64,000 bases of DNA from Rhizobiaceae bacterium (lineage in GTDB: Bacteria > Pseudomonadota > Alphaproteobacteria > Rhizobiales > Rhizobiaceae). The notes below the pieces were generated by a model. That model had not been told where the DNA came from. It saw nothing but the letters and a program-made list of their open reading frames with translations, and made no database searches. The stretch lies in NCBI GenBank assembly GCA_036778475.1, contig DAIPSP010000003.1, positions 777 through 64,776 of the forward strand, in the 5' to 3' direction. The first letter of the stretch is position 1. The number at the start of each line of letters is the position of its first letter. Below, piece after piece: positions 25,594 through 35,099 of this stretch. Made by a program: the position numbers and the translations under genes.

Positions 25594-26400
25594 TCAAGAC
25601 CTACCCCGGGCGATGAACCAGGGATTGGCGAAATCCGAATCGTCGGCCTGGCTGCGCTTGCCATAGACAAAGGCGGTTCCGTCGATGCGCGTTGTCGAGC
25701 CGCCCGCGGCGCGCAGCACCGCGTCGCCGGCGGCGGTGTCCCATTCCATGGTGCGGCCAAAGCGCGGATAAAGATCGGCCCGGCCCGAGGCCAGCAGGCA
25801 GAATTTTAGCGACGACCCGACCGAGACGATCTCGGCGTCCTGATAGCGGCCGATGAATTCGTCGGTCTCGGGCGTGCGATGCGAGCGGCTGGCGACGATG
25901 CGGATGCGATCGGAATGGGCGGCGACGGCCATCGGCCGCCTGTCGCCGTCGATGCGGCCGGCGCTCACCACCGCCTCGCTGGCCGCGCCGGGGCGTCCCG
26001 CATAGAGCACGCCCTGCGCCGGCGCGTAGACGACGCCGACGGCCGGAACGCCGTTGCGCACCAGCGCGATGTTGACGGTGAAATCCGGCCGGCGTGAGAT
26101 GAACTCCTTGGTGCCGTCGAGCGGGTCCACCAGAAAGAACGTCTCGCCGAGCGCCGGCGGCACGCGGCCCGACGACACTTCTTCTTCCGCGACGCAGACA
26201 ATGTCGGGATAGGCAACGCGCAGTCCGGCCAGGATGACCTCTTCCGCCCGCCGGTCGGCTTCGGTCACCGGCGAATCGTCGGCCTTGCGGTCGACCGTTG
26301 CCCCCATCGCATAGACGGCCATGATCTCGGCCCCGGCGGCGAGCGCCAGATCCTCGAACAGCGCGAGCATGGCGGCGTCGGCGTTTCGCGCCTCAGACAT
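25594..26400 (-). CDS. cysQ: 3'(2'),5'-bisphosphate nucleotidase CysQ
   Basis: Inositol-monophosphatase-fold motifs: [34 protein letters not shown]. The start overlaps the cysNC stop by 8 nt. Confidence 0.85.
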   Translation of the reverse strand: MSEARNADAAMLALFEDLALAAGAEIMAVYAMGATVDRKADDSPVTEADRRAEEVILAGLRVAYPDIVCVAEEEVSSGRVPPALGETFFLVDPLDGTKEFISRRPDFTVNIALVRNGVPAVGVVYAPAQGVLYAGRPGAASEAVVSAGRIDGDRRPMAVAAHSDRIRIVASRSHRTPETDEFIGRYQDAEIVSVGSSLKFCLLASGRADLYPRFGRTMEWDTAAGDAVLRAAGGSTTRIDGTAFVYGKRSQADDSDFANPWFIARGRS

Positions 26401-28297
26401 AGCCGCGTTCCGCCAGCCAGGCCTCGAGATATTCGGTCATTTCCTCCGCCGACTTGCCGCTGGTCTCAAGGTGCACGTCGGCGTGTTCGGGCGTTTCATA
26501 AGGAGAATCGACGCCGGTAAAATTCTTGATCTCGCCCTTCAGCGCCCGCGTATACAGGCCCTTGGGGTCGCGCCTGGCGCATTCCTCGAACGGCGTGTCG
26601 ACAAACACCTCGACGAACTCGCCCTCGCCCATCAGCTCGCGCGCCATGCGGCGCTCGGCGCGGAACGGCGAGATGAACGAGACCAGCACAAGCAGGCCGG
26701 CGTCGGCCATCAGCCGCGCCACTTCGGCGACGCGGCGGATGTTTTCGACGCGATCCTCCTCGGTGAAGCCAAGGTCGCGGTTCAAGCCGTGGCGGACATT
26801 GTCGCCGTCGAGGATGTAGGTGTGGCGGCCTTCCGAATGCAGCCGCTTTTCCAGCAGGTTGGCGATGGTCGACTTGCCAGACCCCGACAGGCCGGTGAAC
26901 CACAGCACCGCCGGCTTTTGCCGCTTCAGCTCGGCCCTCGCCTTCCGATCGACGTCGAGCGCCTGCCAGTGGACATTGGTGGCGCGGCGCAGTGGATGCA
27001 GGATCATGCCGGCGCCGACGGTGGCGTTGGTGATCCGGTCGATCAGGATGAATGCGCCGGTAACGCGGTTGTCGGCATAATTGTCGAAGGCGATCGGATC
27101 GTGCGTCGAAACATTGACGACGCCGACCTCGTTCAGGTCGAGCGACTTCGCCGCTTCATGGCTGAACGTGTTAACGTCTACCCGGTGCTTGAGCTCGGTC
27201 ACCGTCGCGTTCGACTGGTCGGTTTCGGTGCGCAGCAGGTAGGGGCGCCCCGGCATCATCGCGTGCTCGCCGAACCAGACAATGTTGGCGGTGAACTGGT
27301 CGGCGACATGCGGCCGCGCCTCTGGCGACACCAGCATGTTGCCGCGCGACACCTCGACCTCGTCGTCGAGCAGGATCGTCACCGCCTGGCCCTCGCGGGC
27401 GCGCTCGAGGTCGCCGTCCTGGGTGACGATGCGCTTGACGCGGCTCACCTTGCCGGACTTGGCCACGACTACCGCATCGCCGGTCGTGACCGACCCGGCC
27501 GCGATCGTGCCGGCAAAGCCGCGGAAGTCGAGGTTCGGCCGGTTGACATATTGCACCGGGAAGCGGAACGGGCTGTCGACGGATTCCGAGGGCAGCGGCA
27601 CGGTCTCGAGGTGATCGAGCAGGGTCTTGCCGTCATACCAGTCCATCCGCCCGGACCGGGTGGTGACATTGTCGCCGTAGCGCGCCGACAGCGGGATCGG
27701 GATCAGAGTTTCAAAACCGAGATCCTTGGCGAACGAACGGTAGTCCTCAACGATCTGGTCGAACCGCTCCTGCGAGAACCCGACCAGGTCGATCTTGTTG
27801 ACCGCCAGCACAACGTTCCTGATGCCCAGCAGCGAGGCGATGAAGGAATGCCGGCGCGTCTGCCGCAGCACGCCTTGGCGCGCGTCGACCAGCACGATGG
27901 CGAGGTCCGCCGTCGACGCGCCGGTCGCCATGTTGCGGGTGTACTGCTCGTGGCCGGGCGTGTCGGCGACGATGAATTTCCGCTTCGACGTGGCGAAGAA
28001 GCGGTAGGCGACGTCGATGGTGATGCCCTGCTCGCGCTCGGCCTCGAGCCCGTCGACCAGCAGCGCGAAATCGATCTCGTCGCCGGTGGTGCCGTGCTTT
28101 TTCGAGTCCTTTTCGAGCGCGGCGAGTTGGTCCTCGAAGATCAGCTTGGTGTCGTAGAGCAGCCTGCCGATCAGCGTCGACTTGCCGTCGTCGACCGAGC
28201 CACAGGTGAGGAAGCGCAGCATGGTCTTGTCTTCCTGGGCTTTCAGGAAGCTGCGGACGGCCGTAACGGTTTCGGCATTGGGATCGGTGTGCTTCAT
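26393..28297 (-). CDS. cysNC: bifunctional sulfate adenylyltransferase subunit 1 / adenylylsulfate kinase (CysN-CysC, NodQ-type)
   Basis: GTPase domain ([33 protein letters not shown]) plus a C-terminal APS kinase ([23 protein letters not shown]...[11 protein letters not shown]). Confidence 0.95.
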   Translation of the reverse strand: MKHTDPNAETVTAVRSFLKAQEDKTMLRFLTCGSVDDGKSTLIGRLLYDTKLIFEDQLAALEKDSKKHGTTGDEIDFALLVDGLEAEREQGITIDVAYRFFATSKRKFIVADTPGHEQYTRNMATGASTADLAIVLVDARQGVLRQTRRHSFIASLLGIRNVVLAVNKIDLVGFSQERFDQIVEDYRSFAKDLGFETLIPIPLSARYGDNVTTRSGRMDWYDGKTLLDHLETVPLPSESVDSPFRFPVQYVNRPNLDFRGFAGTIAAGSVTTGDAVVVAKSGKVSRVKRIVTQDGDLERAREGQAVTILLDDEVEVSRGNMLVSPEARPHVADQFTANIVWFGEHAMMPGRPYLLRTETDQSNATVTELKHRVDVNTFSHEAAKSLDLNEVGVVNVSTHDPIAFDNYADNRVTGAFILIDRITNATVGAGMILHPLRRATNVHWQALDVDRKARAELKRQKPAVLWFTGLSGSGKSTIANLLEKRLHSEGRHTYILDGDNVRHGLNRDLGFTEEDRVENIRRVAEVARLMADAGLLVLVSFISPFRAERRMARELMGEGEFVEVFVDTPFEECARRDPKGLYTRALKGEIKNFTGVDSPYETPEHADVHLETSGKSAEEMTEYLEAWLAERGYV

Positions 28298-29202
28298 CAG
28301 AAGTATCCTTCCCGCTTCTTCTTTTCCATCGAGCCGGCTTCGTCCTTGTCGATCGCCCTGCCCTGCCGTTCGGAGGTGCGCGCGATCAGCATTTCCTGGA
28401 CAATCGCCTCGAGCGATGCGGCTTCGGACTCGATGGCGCCGGTCAGTGGGTAGCAGCCGAGTGTGCGGAAGCGCACCATGCGCTCCTCGACCTTTTCGCC
28501 TGGCCGCAGTTCCATGCGGTCGTCATCCTTCAGGATCAGCATGCCGTCACGCTCGACCACCGGCCGCTTTTTGGCGAAGTAGAGCGGCACGATCGGAATG
28601 TTCTCCTGCAGGATGTACTGCCAGATATCGAGCTCGGTCCAGTTCGACAGCGGGAACACGCGGATCGATTCTCCGGGCGCGACGCGGGTATTGTAGATTT
28701 TCCACATTTCCGGCCGCTGGTTCTTCGGGTCCCAGCCGTGCTGGGCGTTGCGGAACGAGAAGATGCGCTCCTTGGCGCGGCTCTTCTCCTCGTCGCGGCG
28801 CGCCCCGCCGAAGGCGGCGTCAAAACCGTATTTGTCCAGCGCCTGGCGCAGGCCGACCGTCTTGGTGATGTGGGTGTGCACGTTCGACCCGTGCACGAAC
28901 GGGCCGATGTCCTGTTCGATCGCGTCGGGGTTGATGTGCACAAGCAGGTCGAAACCGAGATCCCTGGCCATCCGGTCGCGAAACGAGATCATCTCGTTGA
29001 ACTTCCAGCGGGTGTCGACATGCAGGAACGGGAACGGCGGCTTGGCCGGATAGAAGGCCTTCATCGCCAGCCGCAGCATCACCGACGAATCCTTGCCTAT
29101 TGAATAGAGCATCACCGGCTTGGAGAAGGTCGCAGCAACCTCGCGGAAAATGTGTATCGACTCGGCTTCGAGCCGTTGCAGGTGCGACATGCGCGCAGTC
29201 AT
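28297..29202 (-). CDS. cysD: sulfate adenylyltransferase subunit 2 (CysD/NodP-type)
   Basis: ORF 28297..29271; start taken at the ATG at 29202 ([48 protein letters not shown]-loop). The ATG at 29190 is an alternative. The stop shares one base with the cysNC start. Confidence 0.95.
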   Translation of the reverse strand: MTARMSHLQRLEAESIHIFREVAATFSKPVMLYSIGKDSSVMLRLAMKAFYPAKPPFPFLHVDTRWKFNEMISFRDRMARDLGFDLLVHINPDAIEQDIGPFVHGSNVHTHITKTVGLRQALDKYGFDAAFGGARRDEEKSRAKERIFSFRNAQHGWDPKNQRPEMWKIYNTRVAPGESIRVFPLSNWTELDIWQYILQENIPIVPLYFAKKRPVVERDGMLILKDDDRMELRPGEKVEERMVRFRTLGCYPLTGAIESEAASLEAIVQEMLIARTSERQGRAIDKDEAGSMEKKKREGYF

Positions 29203-29270
29203 GGTAAGTCCACTGTGAAAGTTGTCGCGTCTTTGGAGACCAATTGCGGCGCGTTCTAGACCTTCGGACA

Positions 29271-29288
29271 TTGATCGACAACGATCAA
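29271..29288. promoter_or_regulatory. perfect 7-bp inverted repeat TTGATCG-ACAA-CGATCAA about 70 nt upstream of cysD
   Basis: Read directly. It lies at the point where the sequence turns AT-richer. Confidence 0.25.
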
Positions 29289-29702
29289 AAGCATCTAGGC
29301 GTCAGTCTTTTGGAGAATGAAATTTCGCCCGCTCTTCAAGGCAGACTGCATTTTTTGCGCAAGTAGTCGAAGATCATCCGGATCAGCATCAATTTGCGCA
29401 GCGCGGCGTCTCCTTCGACTGGAATACCCGCCGAAAACCAGGCTGCGGCGCTGCAAATTGCATCGATCCCGATCATCAGGCGACCCAGACGTGACGGGGC
29501 CGCAATAGACCGGACATAAGAAGCTGTGCTAGGCCCAAAAAACTGCACGCCGCTGCGGCCACCGTTCGCGCCGGTTGCGGAGACTGTGCGAGTTGACCAA
29601 ATGCCCAATAAACTAGGACGCGCAGTGGATGGCATTCCGGAACCGCCTCATCGGCCGCAATCGCCTAAGCCGGAGATATCCGCAGATCGCCAAGGCCAGG
29701 AC

Positions 29703-30242
29703 ATGTCTCGTCTTTATCGCAAATGGCTTGACCCAAGAACTCAAAATGCGCTGGGCGGCTTTTTCATTGGGCTGACCATGTTCGTCCTGATCGCATGGTT
29801 CCTGCAGCAGATAGGCTTCCTCTATGTCCATACCCAGTCCAGCGGCTTCCAGCAGCTAAAAATAGTCAATGATTCTATGGTGGAGGTTCGCCCGACAGTC
29901 AGAAAGGCGATCTCGCAACTCCGCGTCGCCGAAGCTGAACTGCTTGAGGCATTGTCGGCTGGAAATGCGCCTTGGCGAGCCCAAGCTACGAAGCGTTATG
30001 TCAACATCAGGGAGGCGTTCCCCGACCTGTTTGACAGGATCGCAAGTGAAATGCCTCGCAATTCAGCAATCTTGTTCAGACTTTCACCGGATCAGCGTGA
30101 CGGCTACAAGATTGTCATGCACAGTGAAATCTGTTCTGCAGTCGCGTTGGAAAACCCTAAACTTGTCGACCCGACCCTCGATTTCTACGGAACTTTCTGC
30201 AGATATTTCGGGTTTTGGAACCCAGCCGGGCAACACCTCTGA
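29703..30242 (+). CDS. hypothetical single-pass membrane protein
   Basis: In ORF 29526..30242. From the ATG at 29703: MSRLYRKWLDPRTQNALGGFFIGLTMFVLIAWFLQQIGFL (one TM) followed by a helical soluble domain. No family recognised and the start is uncertain (29601 also possible). Confidence 0.4.
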   Translation: MSRLYRKWLDPRTQNALGGFFIGLTMFVLIAWFLQQIGFLYVHTQSSGFQQLKIVNDSMVEVRPTVRKAISQLRVAEAELLEALSAGNAPWRAQATKRYVNIREAFPDLFDRIASEMPRNSAILFRLSPDQRDGYKIVMHSEICSAVALENPKLVDPTLDFYGTFCRYFGFWNPAGQHL

Positions 30243-30384
30243 GGCCGCTGTGCCGGGACTTTCGGCAAACCGCGAAACAAGCAATACACTCCTGGCATGG
30301 CGACACGCTGCACAGGAAGTTGCGGAAGAACGACATATGATGCGCGTGCGTTGTCATGCGCAGGACGAATAAGGACAATATCTT

Positions 30385-31269
30385 ATGGCGACCAGTGATC
30401 CCACTTCAGCATCGACTCAGCTTTATGTGCGGCTGATGGATCTGATTGCTCGTCTTCCCGAAGATACAGTGGCATCGCGGCAGCGGCTCTATTTGCAGGT
30501 GCGCAACCGGTTCGAAGGGCGACCGGAGTCGCAACGCAATCAACTGGAGGGCGTAATCGCGCGAATCGAGCGTGAGAAGACGGCCATGCCAAACGATACG
30601 TCTGTATCGAGCGGCAAAGACCATGAGCAAGCAACGACGAGCGCGACGGCGCCAACACCAGCCGCTGCGAAAAAGACCGCATTGCTGTTGCCCGCGCTTG
30701 CGGCGGTAGCTGCGATTGCAGCCGCGGGCGGGTACTTCCTCTTGAAAATGCCCGACACCAACTCGGACTTCTCTCGCGGCCTCGACGGATACACGTTCAA
30801 TGTCAACACTCTGGTCCAAGCCCCGGACACCGGCAAAGCCTTTGACGCGCGCACCATCGGGAACGATGGCTTGATTGAGGTTCGCGGGCCCTTGTCCATA
30901 TTCGGCATCAAGGCAATTCCGGTCGACCCTTCCAAGCGATATGTCGTGGCGGCGCGTGTGCGCGTAACGCAGGACGATCCCACAAGCGCGGGCGCCATGA
31001 CCCATATTGGCGTGGCGACTTTCGACAGGGAGGGAAATCTCCAGACCGACCCGCCCGGAGCTCATCGCTATGCTGCGGCCCCTGCCCGTGTCCTCACCGT
31101 CGCCGACGGTTGGATTGATCTGGTCGGCGAGATTTCCGGCACCGGCAACAGCAACCATCATCAATTCCGGGAGGGCACCGCGTCCGTCAGGCCAGTGGCC
31201 ATCCTCAATGCTGGCAGCCCCGGCGCGGTGACGGAAATCACGTCTCTTTCGTTCACGGAGGTGAAGTAG
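30385..31269 (+). CDS. hypothetical type-II membrane protein: cytoplasmic helical N-terminus, Ala/Thr-rich linker, one TM, extracytoplasmic beta-rich domain (paralogue of 39974..40675)
   Basis: TM ALLLPALAAVAAIAAAGGYFLL. The C-terminal ~150 aa share an ordered motif set with ORF 39974..40675 (PVD, YV..RV, D+EGN, PGxHRY, SGxGNxNxxQFR, TAxxRxV). AAGGA precedes the ATG. Confidence 0.6.
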   Translation: MATSDPTSASTQLYVRLMDLIARLPEDTVASRQRLYLQVRNRFEGRPESQRNQLEGVIARIEREKTAMPNDTSVSSGKDHEQATTSATAPTPAAAKKTALLLPALAAVAAIAAAGGYFLLKMPDTNSDFSRGLDGYTFNVNTLVQAPDTGKAFDARTIGNDGLIEVRGPLSIFGIKAIPVDPSKRYVVAARVRVTQDDPTSAGAMTHIGVATFDREGNLQTDPPGAHRYAAAPARVLTVADGWIDLVGEISGTGNSNHHQFREGTASVRPVAILNAGSPGAVTEITSLSFTEVK

Positions 31270-31439
31270 CGCCGGTATTCCTGCTGCTTCACTCCGACCG
31301 ATCTGTCGATCAGGCCACCGACCGGCCGGTGGAGCTCTTACGCCACAGCTTTGATCAGATCGGGTTTCCAGAAGAAACTTCGATACCCTTGGCGTCGAAC
31401 GGTCTGGCGAACCTATCCCGCGCTACTCGCGGCAGCGGG

Positions 31440-32780
31440 TCATCTCCATGGGAAGATTGAAGGAACACGGCCGATCAGTTGACCGGGGCGCAGCCGCATT
31501 CGCACGGGCGAAAGGAACGGCAAGCCGAGCAGAAATTCGGAACCGGGGGTCGCGTAAAGTTTGAGCGGCGTGTTGTAGTCCGCGTATTGAGATGGTTCTG
31601 CAAAGAGGGCAAAGACTGCATTTCTCCAGCCGTCGGCATCCGTCAAAATGACATCTTCAGTTGCCGGGGCTCCGTCGACAAACAGTTCCGCACTACCTGG
31701 AACATGAGCCAGGGCAATGCTGCCGCTGACGACTCTCAGGTGGCAGCCGAAGCTTGCAATCGGCAACAGCGCGGCCGATCGCATCGCAAACGGAGAATAA
31801 CGCGTCACGCCGGCTGAAACCAAAGGCGACACGATTCCGGATCCGGCCGTCACTTGGAGCAGGTGGAACTCGGGACCGAAACGCCGCGGCGTTCCGCTTG
31901 CCTTGATCCGGTTGATGAGGTCCGAGACGGTGGCGGGCAATGCCGCCGCCACGCCTCCGTTGGTCGAATTATTGTTGGTGAATTTGCCACCGGAAACAAA
32001 GACCGCGCCGTTGTAGGCCGTCATCCAGTTTGGCGCAACGTAGGCCGACGCCGCCAATCCGACCGGCTCCGGAGACCCTGCAAAACGGCCGCCGTCCTGC
32101 AGCAGATTGAACATGGGGCCCTCGGCGACAGAACTCGTCGGGAACGACAGCCCTCCGCCCGGAGCGACGCGCAGCGCTTCGGTCCAGGTGCTGCCATCGG
32201 TGCTGACTTTGATCTGGAGATCGTCGCTTCCGGTCAGACCGATTTCGGCGCGGGCGGAGAAACCGGTCTGCAGCACAACGCTCCCCGTATCGCCCGAACT
32301 TGCCTTGTTGATCGCAACGCGATGGCTGCCGCCCGCGTGGTTGAACAATGTGGCGGGCGCACTCACAGTCAGCCTATTGCTTGCATCGGCGCTCGCGTTT
32401 ATGCCGACAAGCTCAACGTCCTGGAATTCCTTGCGGGTTTCGAGCAAGTCAATCCATCCGGCGGCCGTCCAGACCATGTGCGTCTCAGTCGCGGCGCTCC
32501 AGGCGCGCCACCCAGGGCTGGGCGCATAATAGCTCCAGCCACCGTCTTCGAACGCGGCAATCTGGCCGTCCCTGCCGGACCAGGCGCCAGTGGCGCTTTC
32601 TGCAACGAGGTGGCGATCTCCCTTTACCGGGTCGGCTGGCGGCGCGGTCCTGTTGTGATCACGGACGGTCAGTTGAACAAGGGCATCGAGCATCCGCAGC
32701 GAATCATTGTGCGTCACGTGTTTTTGCGCTTGTGACGGAAGAAGATATGGCAGGTGAAGATTGGGGGTGAGTTCGGACAT
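31440..32780 (-). CDS. DUF2793-type protein (phage tail-fibre-like N-terminus) with a long Gly/Ser/Ala-rich beta C-terminal region
   Basis: ORF 31440..32885. AGGAG precedes the ATG at 32780. MSELTPNLHLPYLLPSQAQKHVTHNDSLRMLDALVQLTV...ATGAWSGRDGQIAAFEDGGWSYYAPSPGWRAW matches my memory of the DUF2793 N-terminal signature. This needs HMM confirmation. Confidence 0.7.
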   Translation of the reverse strand: MSELTPNLHLPYLLPSQAQKHVTHNDSLRMLDALVQLTVRDHNRTAPPADPVKGDRHLVAESATGAWSGRDGQIAAFEDGGWSYYAPSPGWRAWSAATETHMVWTAAGWIDLLETRKEFQDVELVGINASADASNRLTVSAPATLFNHAGGSHRVAINKASSGDTGSVVLQTGFSARAEIGLTGSDDLQIKVSTDGSTWTEALRVAPGGGLSFPTSSVAEGPMFNLLQDGGRFAGSPEPVGLAASAYVAPNWMTAYNGAVFVSGGKFTNNNSTNGGVAAALPATVSDLINRIKASGTPRRFGPEFHLLQVTAGSGIVSPLVSAGVTRYSPFAMRSAALLPIASFGCHLRVVSGSIALAHVPGSAELFVDGAPATEDVILTDADGWRNAVFALFAEPSQYADYNTPLKLYATPGSEFLLGLPFLSPVRMRLRPGQLIGRVPSIFPWR

Positions 32781-32917
32781 TCGCTGGCTCCTGTGCTGCG
32801 GAGTCCATCGTAACCCGCCCAGCGCATGGGTGGACAAAGCGCCGCATTTTGCTAAGTACCAGCGTCCGTTTCGGGACGGTTGCATGTCCCTGGGGTCAAC
32901 CCTGAATGGAGAACGAC

Positions 32918-33823
32918 ATGAATGCCAAGCGCCTCGTCGTCACTGGCGCGACTGGCTTTGTCGGTAAGAACCTGCTCGATGTCCTGCTCGCCAGAGGCTT
33001 TCATGTTCGCGCCCTGGTTCGAAACAACGCATCGATTCCCCAAGGCGCGGAAATTGCAACTGATTGGAGTGACAGCGGCTTGCGGCAGGCGATGAACGCT
33101 GCCGACGCCATCATCCACCTTGCCTCGCGTAACCACCGCTCCGGTGCTGAGATGTCGGACGACAGCGCATATCGCGAGGATATTCTGAACCTGTCCGAGC
33201 GGCTTGCCGAAGCCGCCGCCGCCTCAAATGTCGGCAAGTTCATCTATCTCAGTTCCATCAAGGCCCGGAGCGCCAACGACGACGCCGGAGGGCGCCCGAC
33301 ACCCTACGCGCGATACAAGCGGGAGGCTGAACTGGCCATTACCGCACGGCTGGAGGGATCGGGTTGCGACCTTGTGATCCTGCGCCCTCCCCTCGTCTAC
33401 GACCTTGATGCGAAGGGCAATTTCGGCACGCTCGTGAAGCTGTCCCGAAAGGGTATCCCTGTGCCCATCAGGGCTTCATCGGGAAAACGTGCGATGATCT
33501 CACGCGACAATCTCATCGATGTCATTGCCACCGTGGCTGCAGCAAACGAAAAGTCGTCAGGCGATCACATCTACGAGGTCTGCGATGGAAAGGCCTACAC
33601 TTTGGAGGACCAGATTCGGGCGATCGCCTCGAGGCTCGGGCGTCCGGCGCGTATCCTGCGGTTGCCCGACTCAATATTCGACGCCGCGATATCACGACTC
33701 GCAGGTCCAGACGCCCTCTCCGCCATTGTTGATCACCTCGAAGTATCCAACATCGACATAGAACGCGACTTCCGCTGGAAGCCTTCACATTCGTGGCTTG
33801 CGTCAAAATCTGGGCCAACCTGA
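32918..33823 (+). CDS. NAD-dependent epimerase/dehydratase family SDR (CapN/WbjF-like, candidate UDP-4-keto-6-deoxy-HexNAc reductase)
   Basis: ORF 32906..33823. GGAG lies 6 nt before the ATG at 32918. KRLVVTGATGFVGKNL Rossmann motif and YARYK (YxxxK). Sits immediately upstream of the WbuB-like GT and the initiating transferase, as in cap5LMN / wbjF-wbpL arrangements. Confidence 0.8.
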   Translation: MNAKRLVVTGATGFVGKNLLDVLLARGFHVRALVRNNASIPQGAEIATDWSDSGLRQAMNAADAIIHLASRNHRSGAEMSDDSAYREDILNLSERLAEAAAASNVGKFIYLSSIKARSANDDAGGRPTPYARYKREAELAITARLEGSGCDLVILRPPLVYDLDAKGNFGTLVKLSRKGIPVPIRASSGKRAMISRDNLIDVIATVAAANEKSSGDHIYEVCDGKAYTLEDQIRAIASRLGRPARILRLPDSIFDAAISRLAGPDALSAIVDHLEVSNIDIERDFRWKPSHSWLASKSGPT

Positions 33824-33827
33824 ACCG

Positions 33828-35093
33828 ATGCGCATCCTCTTCGTCAGTCAATATTTCTATCCTGAAAACTTCAGCAACAACAAGATCGTGTCCAAGCTGG
33901 TCGAGCGCGGACACGAAGTTGAAGTTATTACAGGGATCCCCAACTACCCTGCTGGAAAATTCTTCGACGGGTACGGTTTGTTCAAGCGACGCAAGGACAC
34001 TTACAATGGGGCCACTGTCCGCCGTGTGCCGATTTTGCCGAGAGGCCAGCGTTCACTATTTCTCCTGGCCAATTACGCCAGCTTTGTTCTCAGTGCGTCG
34101 CTTCGCTGCCTGTTTTTGCGCAGACGTGCATTCGACGTCGTATTTTCCAGCGCGCCATCGCCGGCCACTATCGCCGTCCCGGCAATCGTCGCGGCAAAAC
34201 GGATGGGGGTGCGTCACGCATTCCTGCTTCAAGATTTGTGGCCGCAAACACCGATCGCAATCCTGAAGCTGAAAAACCGGTCTGTCATCCGCCTGCTCAC
34301 GGCGGCGTGCAAACAGATCTATGAACGGGTCGACGTTATGGTCGTGCCATCGCGCGCGTTTATCCCCGAGATCGAAGCGATTGCTCCCGGGCTACGGTAT
34401 TTCTATTTTCCCAACAGCATCGAGGACTTTCACAGGCCTCAGGCGAAAAATCCGGCCCTTCGTGGCGAACTCGGACTGGGCGAAAGTGACTTCGTGATCG
34501 GATTCGCCGGGAACATGGGCGAAGCACAGAACATCGACGCGATCATCGACGCGGTGAAGATTGCGTCAGATCCGCGCATCAAGATACTCATGGTGGGCGA
34601 CGGAAGGCACCGGAAAGCGCTCGAAGCGCGCATTGCCACGCTCGGGCTGCAATCGCACTTCCGTTTTGTTGGGTCCGTGCCACCTGAGGATGTGCCGCGC
34701 TATCTCGGATCGGCTGATGCAACGATCCTGACACTAGCGTCTGACGCGGCATTTGTCGGCGTCATCCCGTTTCGCCTGCAAACCTATCTTGGCTGCGGAA
34801 AACCGATCCTGGGCCATGTCAGTGGCGAGAGCGCCAGCATTATCGCCGAGGCTCAATGCGGCCTGGTTTCCGATCCGTCTGACAATGCCGCTCTTGCCGC
34901 CAATCTGGTCAAGATGGCGTCACTCCGAGAGGACGAACTTGAGCAGTTTGGACTGGCCGCTCGTTCATACGCCGTGAACGAGTTCTCCGAAGCCAGGATT
35001 TTCGACGGGATCGAAAAGCTGCTTGCCGAGTTGGCAGCCAACGAGCTACCGCCTGAATCCACTTCTGTCGCTGGCGCACACCCCGGAAGATGA
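33828..35093 (+). CDS. GT4 glycosyltransferase, WbuB/CapL/WcaI-like (candidate L-FucNAc transferase)
   Basis: MRILFVSQYFYPENFSNNKIVSKLVERGHEVEVITGIPNYPAGKFFDGY is the characteristic WbuB/WcaI-type N-terminus. The ATG at 33828 follows the upstream stop by 4 nt. Confidence 0.85.
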   Translation: MRILFVSQYFYPENFSNNKIVSKLVERGHEVEVITGIPNYPAGKFFDGYGLFKRRKDTYNGATVRRVPILPRGQRSLFLLANYASFVLSASLRCLFLRRRAFDVVFSSAPSPATIAVPAIVAAKRMGVRHAFLLQDLWPQTPIAILKLKNRSVIRLLTAACKQIYERVDVMVVPSRAFIPEIEAIAPGLRYFYFPNSIEDFHRPQAKNPALRGELGLGESDFVIGFAGNMGEAQNIDAIIDAVKIASDPRIKILMVGDGRHRKALEARIATLGLQSHFRFVGSVPPEDVPRYLGSADATILTLASDAAFVGVIPFRLQTYLGCGKPILGHVSGESASIIAEAQCGLVSDPSDNAALAANLVKMASLREDELEQFGLAARSYAVNEFSEARIFDGIEKLLAELAANELPPESTSVAGAHPGR

Positions 35094-35099
35094 CGTGAT

